Source: Octopus bimaculoides
Lineage: Eukaryota
Length of the DNA stretch: 40,786 nucleotides
Direction: 5' to 3'
Assembly: GCF_001194135.2 (NCBI RefSeq)
Contig: NC_068985.1
Location: 75,701,460 to 75,742,245 of the forward strand
Position numbers and translations under genes: made by a program. Positions 10,459 through 19,990 of this stretch are shown piece by piece (position 1 is the stretch's first letter; the number at the start of each line of letters is the position of its first letter). Under the pieces are notes generated by a model, which was not told the origin of the DNA, searched no databases, and saw nothing but the letters and a program-made list of their open reading frames with translations.

Positions 10459-11929
10459 CTTCCACCAGTCATAATTTATGTTCCAGTTTATGACCATGCT
10501 GGGAACAATCAATATTCATGGGAATCCACTAAAGAAGATTAACAGGAGTTAAAAATATCTCCTGTACCTATCAACAACAAATCAAAGGATACTGATCAGC
10601 TGGTCTGTATACATGCTGAATTAATGAGTGTGTGTGTGTGTGTGTGTTTTAAAGAGCAGCTGGTATTAAGGAATCAAGATGAGCTGCACAATTTAGAATT
10701 CCTTAGGGAATAAAATTCTCACAACAGAATTGTAAAATAATGTAATCTTATTTTAATCACTACACCAAATAAAAATCTACTCTGTCATGTCCCTTTACAG
10801 ACATTGTATTCAATGTGTACTTAAATTATCTTAACAAATTGTTTGTCTTGACTGGGTCTATTAAAAATAGTTATCTCAGCTTTATCCATGTTTCATACAA
10901 CAGATTAAAAGATTAACAAAATATTTGGTAATCTTTTAAACTGATTATATACAGCTGATTCACATATTAATAATTAGAAGTACTCCATTGGGACACTAAA
11001 TAAATAAACCTCAGCTGAAAGGGCTTGTGGGATTTAAATAATATTTAAAAGATTATTTTGAAAATTATTGTTTGTAAGTAGTATTGCAAGAAATATGGTG
11101 CCTTTCTAACTGATGAAAATGCAAGATTGACTAATTATTTCTTAGTAAAATCAATAATAACATTAACTGAAAAGGTGTAGCCTAGTAGGTAGGTTGTTTG
11201 GTTCATGATCAATAGGTCATGTTTTTATTCCTGAAATGGGTGGCACATCTTGTCTTTGAGCAAGGAATTTCATTTCACTTTGCTCCATTCTACTCAGTTG
11301 TAATGTGTACCAAATCACTGATGGAGCAGCCCTTTCTCCCTCTAGCTATCATCTCATGGCTATTCCACTGGATTAAATTGTGAGAGCCAAAAAGAAGTCT
11401 ATGTCTGCTCATGACTATGTAGGCATCTAAAACAATTAGCAAAAGTATGGTACATATTGTCAAACCAAACTTGCACCTGAGTGATGGCCAGCAGTACTTT
11501 AAATTATTTATTAACCCTTTTGTGACTATATTGCTAATCTGTCTTTTATCTTTCACTTGTTTCAGTTATTAGACTGTAACCATGCTGGGGCACAACTAAT
11601 AACTGTATTTCTTATGTGTTTCGATTATTTTTCAATATGACCAGGATTTAAAATTGGTAATCAAATTCATATCTCACAAAAATATACTTATTTCATATTA
11701 TTAGCCTATAATGGAGTACTGCATCCACATCTGCAATGGTACTTGTGTTGCACTCATACACTTCTAACTCACTTGTCTTTCTTCCTTCCATTACTTATTC
11801 TGTGTCTTCTCCCAGTAACCAAAAAAATCTTTGAGTGAGCTTCTTCCATCAAGTATTCTCTTTAATGTGTTTTATTTCATATGTATGAGTTCTTGCTTTA
11901 AATTACATACTCCTTGAATTTAGAATTTA

Positions 11930-12128
11930 GCAATATTCATCCAAAATATTCTACACATTTTATGTTCAAGCTGGCCATATCCAGCCTCTCACACCCACCC
12001 TACAATATCATTCTAAAAATAAACAATCACCTCATGGAAATCTCAAAGTTACAAGATAATGATTAACTAAAAAAACAATGTGAATAAATAAGCATAACAT
12101 TTGATAAAGTAGTCTGAATAAAGGGATA
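11930..12128 (+). mobile_element. Degraded TTAA-type MITE (same family as 25861-26088)
   Basis: Shared core ccctacaatatcattctaaaaataaacaatcac...ggaaatctcaaagttacaagataat...gaataaataagcat. Confidence 0.7.
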
Positions 12129-12479
12129 AAGAGACATGTGAGGAGCAGTTACCAGAGACTTTGCAGTCCTTTCCAAAGTGGTGAGATTGTTGTTATTATT
12201 TTTGTTGTTGTTATGAGGCCAGCCTTGATTGAGCAGGTCTAGGTCTAGGATGATATTTCAGATGTGATTGTCACTTCTTTTTGTATATCCATGACTACAA
12301 AGTCCTCCACTATTTGTATTCCCAACAGACTATTATTACATCCTATTCCTTACAGGAAGAAATCATACTGACACTCTGCCCTCTACTAACCTTTGATTGG
12401 AATTTAGCATAAACTTGAAATTTCACATGGTGGTAGACCAATGCAAGTGTTTTTACTTTCTGTATTGAATTGGTTGCTG

Positions 12480-12516
<37 letters not shown>

Positions 12517-12727
12517 TTAACATCCGTATGCCATGCTGGTGTTGGTTGGATGGTTTGATAAGAGCTGGCCAGTCTCCAATTGTCTGTTTTAGCTTGGTTT
12601 CTATGGCTCGATGCCCTTCCTAATGCCAGCCACTTTACAAAGTGTGCTAGGTGCTTTTTACATGCTAGTGGCACAGGTACTTTTACATAGAACTGGCATG
12701 AGTGCATTCTAAGTGGCACTGGCACCC
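12480..12727 (-). mobile_element. RTE-type 3' UTR/tail with (GAT)n
   Basis: Reverse complement of the 3' UTR seen at 33350-33540 (taggaagggcat...agaaacc...gcatgg...atgttaaa-(tga)n). Confidence 0.8.
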
Positions 12728-13505
12728 ACAAGATAAAGACCTCTCAGGTGGGAGAGGGCGTAGGGACATAGCCATAAAGGACATGCCTGTATGTAATGTC
12801 ATAAATTCTGCTGACATCAGCATTTTTTAGGCAACCTTCCAAAAATACTAAACCTTGACCATGAACATGCTAACCTGTCTATGTGGATTCTTAAATTAGC
12901 CTTGGAATGTTGTACAGCACTTGTACATTATAAGGTTATATACAGTATTTGCAATCTAATTTAAATGACTCTTCCCATAAAAATAGTTATTTCAGGAAAC
13001 AGGTGATTTTGGCAACAGAGATAAATGAAATAAAAACTATTTTCAAATGGAACTTTGTTAGACCTCCAGAGATGTAGATAAAAACAAACAGATGATGACA
13101 ATACTCTTGTGTTGACCTTAAAACAGTCTAGTATTACATTCTCAAAAAGAAATCGCATATAAAGCAACAGCAGCATACACATAGATGCAATTTCCATAAT
13201 TCAAGAGGGTTGGAATGTGATGACAGACTTGTAAAATTTAAAGAACATGTGCATAAATATATAAATGCTCCAAAAAACATGCCAAATGTATTAAAACTGA
13301 AGGTCACAAACCCTCACTATCACAATTTCTGCTGTTTTGAAAAAGTTTTTTTTTAAAATACAATGGTGGTCTTCATGAACCCTCCACTCCACCCACAAGG
13401 GAATTGGATTAAAGATGGGTTGTATGATCTGAAGAGATTTTGCTGTTATTTCTAGCAAATCAAGTGATCCTGTAGAAATCATAAATCCACTTCTGTAGGT
13501 TGAAC

Positions 13506-13875
13506 TTTTATCTTTTACTTGTTTCAGTCATTTGACTGCGGCCATGCTATGGCACCACCTTGAAGAGTTTCTTTGTTGAACAAATCAACCGTGGGACTTA
13601 TTCTTTTAAAGCCTAGTACTTATTCTATTGGTCTCTTTTGCTGAACTGCTAAGTTATGGGGACATAAACACATCAACACTGGTTGTCAAGCAGTGGTAGT
13701 GGTGGGACAAACACCGACATGAAGACACACACACACACACACATGACAGGCTTCTTTCAGTTTTCATCTCCCAAGGCTTTGATTGAGCCAAGAGTATAGT
13801 AGAAGACACTTACCCAAGGTGTCACACAGTGAGACTGAACCTAGAACCATGTAGTTGGGAAGCGAGCTTCTTAAA
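13506..13875 (-). mobile_element. SINE family A, near full length
   Basis: Tail ttttacttgtttcagtcatttgactgcggccatgc, internal (CA)n, head gaacctagaaccatgtagttgggaagcgagcttc. Confidence 0.9.
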
Positions 13876-14101
13876 ACATCGAGAAAAGAAACCTAGCTGT
13901 TGCTTGCAATAAACACATCTAAAGCAAAATTTATTTTCATAGATACACATATAAAATACTACTGTGGACCTAATTTACTATTTTGCTTCTGTGGACCCCA
14001 CCAAAAATTTTATATGAACCCCAAGGGATCTTATGGGACCTGGTTGAGAATCACTGCTGTAAAAGTTCCCTCATACATGAGAAGATTTAGGTGCTATTTC
14101 T

Positions 14102-14337
14102 TATTTCTTTCTTGCCCCCAAGGGGCTAAACATAGAGGGGACAAACAAGGAAAGGACAGACAAAGGGATTAAGTCGATTACATTGACCCCAGTGTGTAAC
14201 TGGTACTTGATTTATTGACCCCGAAAGGATCAAAGGCAAAGTCAACCTCGGCGGAATTTGAACTCGGAACGTAACGGCAAACGAAATACCGCTAAGCATT
14301 TCACCCAGCGTGCTAACGTTTCTGCCAGCTCGCCACC
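14102..14337 (-). mobile_element. Full-length SINE family B with 16-bp TSD
   Basis: TSD tttaggtgctatttct at 14086-14101 and 14338-14353; intact head ggtggcgagctggcagaaacgttagcacg...ccgagttcaaattccgccgagg with many CpGs retained. Confidence 0.95.
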
Positions 14338-14841
14338 TTTAGGTGCTATTTCTAGCATATGATTCACTACATAGATGTTCCTTCAGAGAGCCGGAAAGGT
14401 TAATACAGTTGATGTTTAGCTCCAACATATCAAGGCTGAGTTTGAAAAAAAAATAGCTTGACTTAACCTAATTTGTTAATGTAAAGACATCTCTGTTTAC
14501 TACTAATGACTAATTAAAGACTAAGGCAAAATTATTTTATCATATTATTAAAACAGACTGCCAACTTTGAAACACTTGAAATAACATAAATGAGATTATT
14601 GAAGGTAATTTTAGACAAAGACTATGATAGTTCCAAAACAGTTATGGCAACTACATGTTGATAACACTGTTAAACAGTTCCTTTCAGACTACAATAGATA
14701 ACTGAGAGAATACTTCTTTAGACAAGAATCTTAGATATGAAGAATGGATGTTATAATTTTTTTCATTGTCTTCATTGGTGAAGCTGCACAGCCTATAGTT
14801 AGGGTGTTAGCTCATGACCATAAAGTTGTGTTTGATTCCTT

Positions 14842-15243
14842 AGGTGCAGGCATGGCTGTATAGTTAAGAAACTCACTTTGCAATCATGTGGTTTCCAATT
14901 CAGTCCCATAGTGCAGTATCTTGGGCAAGTGTCTCAGGCTAACAAGTACCTTGTGTGTGAATTTGGTAGATAGAAACTGTGGAGAAGCCTTGTGTGTGTG
15001 TGTGTGCATGTGAGTAAGTGAGTGAGTGTGTACATGTGTGTGTGTGTGTGTGTGTATCACCTCCACCACTGCACAGCAACTGGTTTTGGTTTGTTTACAT
15101 CCCTGTAATTTAGCAATTCAGCAAAAAATAACAAAAAAGAGATAGAATCCAAACTTAAAATTAAGTCTTGGGGTCAATTTGTTTGACTTCAAATCAGTGC
15201 TCCAGCTTGGCTACAGTCCAACAACTGAAATGAGTAAAAAGTA
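14842..15243 (+). mobile_element. SINE family A, full length, diverged
   Basis: Head aggtgcaggcatggctgtatagttaagaa..., internal (TG)n, tail ggtcaatttgtttgact...gtgctccagcttggctacagtc...ctgaaatgagtaaaaa; preceded by another tRNA-like head remnant at about 14786-14840. Confidence 0.85.
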
Positions 15244-15363
15244 ACTTCATTTCACGTTGTTACTGTCTACTAAAAAGTAATGAATACCAACCAGGTAATC
15301 ATTACATTCGAGACACTAACCTGTTACTCCAGATGGAGCCAATGAATTGAAAGAAACATTTAA

Positions 15364-15583
15364 CCCTTTCATTATTGTATTTATTTTGAGATGTTCTGTG
15401 TTTCTTTCAATTACTTTAAATATAACAAAGAATTTAGTAAAATAACTTAGTTATAATTCAGCTAGTATTAGGAACATAGATTCTGACTAAGGTTTGGTGG
15501 AAGATTTTAATTCAAAACTTATGGAAACAAGACATTTGTACTCAGAGCCAGAGCCGGTTTCAGCCGGGTTAGTAACGAAAGGG
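15364..15583. mobile_element. piggyBac-type MITE
   Basis: TTAA at 15360-15363 and 15584-15587 flanking TIRs CCCTTTCATTA / TAACGAAAGGG. Confidence 0.85.
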
Positions 15584-16298
15584 TTAAACACAAAATAATT
15601 TGTTATGAGAGTCAATATTGTGTTCTGATCTCAGATCTTGACTTAGGGTGGGAAATTTTCTATATCAAAATTATGACCTTTATAAGAATTTTATAAGCTT
15701 TTGAGAGAATGTGAAATAATTCTTGTTCAGAACAAAGGCTCTTGAAGTGCATCACATAAAGGTATAGATAATAGTATGTAAATATTTGATTGAAAAACCC
15801 CTTTTGGTTATTCAGCCCAATATTGACACACTATTATTTATAGCCTTATGTGATGTGCCTTGTTATAAATAACAGCATGAAAATAATGGGCTGAAAAACC
15901 CTTCCTGGTTCTATCCAAAAAGGGTTTCTCAACACAATATTTGCATGCTATTATTTATAGCTTTATGTAATGTGCATTGAGAGCCAGTGTTTTAGAAAAG
16001 AATTAACTGACCTTTGTGTTATGTTAACTGGTTAGGTCAGCTTGATACAGTTTGCATCAACTACACTTCTTATATTGGATATATAATGTTAACAATGATG
16101 TGGTTGCTTAGTCCTTCCAACACAGTCATCCTTGATCATGCAGACCTATGATCAAAACCTTTCAGCCTTGACTGTCCCATCATAGTCGCATTTACCAAGT
16201 GACTTGGTCTGAGATTGTGTATTAAAACTGAAGCAATTTATGTTGTTGAAGGGCCATTTGAGCTAACTTCACACTTCCGTTGCAACAACGACCATGTT

Positions 16299-16464
16299 CA
16301 GTAGCATAGCTGGAGGGAATGAAGTCTGCCCCAGACAACACTTTTATGGGAGTGGCACTTTTGGGTCTACTTTATAATTCTGTACAGACTCATGGGGCTG
16401 TGGGTGAAGGAGTAAGGAAAATCAAGGGCTGCCCCAGGCAGCACACTTTGTAGCTACACCACTA
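16299..16464. mobile_element. Possible short MITE
   Basis: Imperfect TIRs cagtagcatagct / tagctacaccact and an internal repeat ctgccccag(a/g)ca(a/g)cac. Confidence 0.45.
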
Positions 16465-17039
16465 ACAAGGCTGGAAGCAAGTGGCAAAAAATTTGACATC
16501 TTAGAAAATAAATGAAAAATGAACATTTTATCTTTTTACCCAGGAAGACAGGCAATACCTATGGCTCTCCTCTGGGCATCTGAGATTAGTCAAAAAGATA
16601 ACCTCAAACTGGACACCTGGCACAAATGCATGCAATGGAGTGGACTCTGCCAAAGGCATCCAGGGTTCCTTGCAATTGTGCTAAATTGAGCAACGGACCA
16701 GGTCTACCATCCACATAAGCCATGGTGGGATTAGAACTCAGAACTTAAAGATCCATAACTATACCCCCAGGTATCCAATACAATGTTCTTACAGTTCCAC
16801 CAATTCCCCATCCTGGATTTGTACCATTTCTTTTTTTTTTTTGTTTTTTGTAAGCTTGCAGTTTATAATCATAAAAAAAGGGAAAGTAAATTGTCCTTAA
16901 AACATTGAAAGTAAATTGAGATAAAAGCTATACGTAATGTCAGGCTCTTACCCACATATAGTACTTTCACTTTTTTAGAACAATATACTTTCACTTTTTT
17001 ATAACACTAAACTGCATGTTAACACATTTTCTTTTTTAT

Positions 17040-17160
17040 ATATCAACCTCAAAAAAAGATGAAAGGCAAGGCTGACCTCAACAGGATTTGAACTCAGAAT
17101 ACTTAATCCCTGTGAGACATTCTATCCTACACCCCAGTGATTCAGCCAATTCACTGCCTG
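17040..17160 (-). mobile_element. SINE family B, degraded head
   Basis: aagatgaaaggcaaggctgacctcaacaggatttgaactcagaat...ttcactgcct. Confidence 0.65.
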
Positions 17161-17364
17161 TAAGTTAACAAATTTATGCATCTTCTTAGACGTTCAACAA
17201 TTTATTTCATCATTTTTTTAAATATAGTGCATCTAGGACTACATCATCTTATGTGTACACTCCTTAACATTATACCCACTTACATGTGAATGTTCTGTTG
17301 GAATAGACTATACTGCAGCAGATACTATGAGAGGAACACTCATATTGGTTTTTGGTGCAAAATG

Positions 17365-17553
17365 CACTCTTGTTTATATCGCTAATTAGATGAATCACCA
17401 CCACCTCCAATGCTGAGACCAGCAGATCATGTGATTTTGACCTTCCCTGGCCTTATCAATGCTGGACATTTGTCTGCTAAAGACAGCAGTGACTCATCTC
17501 AGCACTGGAGGTGGCAGGGATTTATCTCCTTGATAGCAACATAAACAAGAGCG
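17365..17553 (-). other. Imperfect long hairpin (arms 17365-17419 and 17496-17553)
   Basis: Arms aligned by hand; 7 of 8 transition differences form G-U pairs on the minus strand. Confidence 0.8.
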
Positions 17554-17574
17554 GAGGGGAGGGGAGAAGGAAGA

Positions 17575-17684
17575 TGGGAGGGAAGGAGGAGGGGGTGCAA
17601 TGGTGGTGGTGGTGGTGAGAATGTTGATGAAGGTGATTGAGGATGATGACGATGATGATAATGATGATGATGGTGATGGTGATA
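17575..17684. repeat. Purine-rich/(GGT)n/(GAT)n low-complexity tract
   Basis: Visible; source of the poly-His/poly-Pro ORF 17499-17705. Confidence 0.9.
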
Positions 17685-18109
17685 GCAGAAGCTACAGCTA
17701 AGCAAGTGCGTGCAGTTCCAGATAAACCCTAACCTTTATCTATCCATTCACGTGTCACTCAAAGCTCAAAACCTTTCTCTCAACACAAACACTGCATCAA
17801 AAACCAACAAAGCATGATTTCTTCCGTAAAACATTAACAATTAAAAAATCATAGATTTGATGAGGGAACAATTGCAGAACCATTTCCCTTTCATCTTCTG
17901 TCTTCACAGAAAGATTTCTTCTTGATAATAGATTTATTTATTTATTTTTTTTAAATAAATATTTTTCCTTTTCTTCTTTTAATTATTGTAGGAAATGTAT
18001 GTAAGCACATGTATGAAAGTAAATGTGATAATATACAAATATATGCTTAAATAAATATATACATGTATTTGATTTCAAAACTTGTTTTCACTGTATTTCT
18101 TATGAGAGT

Positions 18110-18465
18110 AGGTGTATGTATGTGTGTTTGTGTGTGTGTGTACAAGCATTTTGATTTTAATCAAATATATATATTTATAAACAATTCATGCACACACTCA
18201 TATATGTATGTTCATATGTATTATGTATGTTCATATGTATTATGTATGTATGTGTGTGTGAGGGTGTTTTGATTTTAATCAAGTATATATATTTATATAC
18301 ACACACATGCACATATATATATGCATTTATGTATGTGTGCGTGTTTATATATATATATATATATATATACATACTTTTACACATACATGTATATGTGTAT
18401 GTATATATTTGTGTATGTATGTGTGTGTGTGTATGCTTTTGTGCATGCATATGTGTGTGCATGAG
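18110..18465. repeat. Compound TG/TA microsatellite with about 120-bp internal duplication
   Basis: ttttgattttaatcaa(a/g)tatatatatttata occurs at about 18149 and 18267. Confidence 0.9.
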
Positions 18466-18821
18466 TGTAATTTATTCTCATCCTCCATGTACATTATATT
18501 GAATTTTAATCTTAAATACTTAAATCCTTTAATGCACAAATAATGATTATAAAACTCAACAGGTTTTGAATTAGTTTACGGTTCAGAAACCATGTCAAAA
18601 TCTGATGTCATTTATTATATATTTTTTTGAATAGTTGTTTTCTAGTTTACAACACAAAACAGTATTTTTAATAGTTACAATTTATGATGCCCAACACTTC
18701 GGTTTCATGGAAGAGTAGAGAGAATTAGTGATGTGTATGCCTTTCTCTGAAGTATAAAGCAAGGAATAAATATTTGAAACTGATTTTTGCAGAATTATGG
18801 TTTACACACTCAATATACCCA

Positions 18822-19085
18822 CTCTCTTTTACTTGTTTCAGTCATTTGACTGCGGCCATGCTGGAGCACCGCCTTTAGTCGAGCAAATCGACCCCAGGTC
18901 TTATTCTTTGTAAGCCTAGTACTTATTCTATTGTTCTCTTTTTGCCAAACCACTAAGTTACGGGGACGTAAACACACCAGCATCGGTTGTCAAGAGATGG
19001 GGGGGGGGCAAACACAAACATACACACACACACATATATATATACATATATACGACGGGCTTCTTTCAGTTTACGTCTACCAAAT
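18822..19085 (-). mobile_element. SINE family A, young copy running into the gap
   Basis: CpG-retaining tail gcggccatgctggagcaccgcctttagtcgagcaaatcgacccc and internal microsatellite. Confidence 0.93.
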
Positions 19086-19990
19086 NNNNNNNNNNNNNNN
19101 NNNNNNNNNNNNNNNNNNNNNNNNNNNNNNNNNNNNNNNNNNNNNNNNNNNNNNNNNNNNNNNNNNNNNNNNNNNNNNNNNNNNNNNNNNNNNNNNNNNN
19201 NNNNNNNNNNNNNNNNNNNNNNNNNNNNNNNNNNNNNNNNNNNNNNNNNNNNNNNNNNNNNNNNNNNNNNNNNNNNNNNNNNNNNNNNNNNNNNNNNNNN
19301 NNNNNNNNNNNNNNNNNNNNNNNNNNNNNNNNNNNNNNNNNNNNNNNNNNNNNNNNNNNNNNNNNNNNNNNNNNNNNNNNNNNNNNNNNNNNNNNNNNNN
19401 NNNNNNNNNNNNNNNNNNNNNNNNNNNNNNNNNNNNNNNNNNNNNNNNNNNNNNNNNNNNNNNNNNNNNNNNNNNNNNNNNNNNNNNNNNNNNNNNNNNN
19501 NNNNNNNNNNNNNNNNNNNNNNNNNNNNNNNNNNNNNNNNNNNNNNNNNNNNNNNNNNNNNNNNNNNNNNNNNNNNNNNNNNNNNNNNNNNNNNNNNNNN
19601 NNNNNNNNNNNNNNNNNNNNNNNNNNNNNNNNNNNNNNNNNNNNNNNNNNNNNNNNNNNNNNNNNNNNNNNNNNNNNNNNNNNNNNNNNNNNNNNNNNNN
19701 NNNNNNNNNNNNNNNNNNNNNNNNNNNNNNNNNNNNNNNNNNNNNNNNNNNNNNNNNNNNNNNNNNNNNNNNNNNNNNNNNNNNNNNNNNNNNNNNNNNN
19801 NNNNNNNNNNNNNNNNNNNNNNNNNNNNNNNNNNNNNNNNNNNNNNNNNNNNNNNNNNNNNNNNNNNNNNNNNNNNNNNNNNNNNNNNNNNNNNNNNNNN
19901 NNNNNNNNNNNNNNNNNNNNNNNNNNNNNNNNNNNNNNNNNNNNNNNNNNNNNNNNNNNNNNNNNNNNNNNNNNNNNNNNNNNNNNNNNN
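19086..19990. other. Assembly gap (905 N)
   Basis: Run of N. Confidence 1.

Noticed and set aside
10545-10713. Open frame ELKISPVPINNKSKDTDQLVCIHAELMSVCVCVCFKEQLVLRNQDELHNLEFLRE*
   Set aside because: Crosses a (GT)n run, has a purine-rich acceptor and no recognisable family.
11290-11556. 88-aa minus ORF with a decent internal acceptor (DAYIVMSRHRLLFG...)
   Set aside because: Begins in a SINE tail, has only a weak donor and no homology I can recognise; cannot be supported as CDS.
12990-13482. Short coding-looking frames on both strands
   Set aside because: Every frame is interrupted within about 70 codons with no consistent splice pair or motif.
17440-17500. SECIS-like ATGA...AAA...TGAT on the minus strand inside the hairpin loop
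   Set aside because: With the GA quartet in register only about 5 bp of helix II form and the AAA is misplaced; no selenoprotein ORF is seen.
17386-17543. Plus-strand frame DESPPPPMLRPADHVILTFPGLINAGHLSAKDSSDSSQHWRWQGFISLIAT*
   Set aside because: Weak splice signals, no recognisable homology, and fully explained by the GC-richer hairpin.
17499-17705. Poly-His/poly-Pro ORF resembling a transcription factor
   Set aside because: Derived from GAT/GGT triplet repeats; only 68 codons with no domain.
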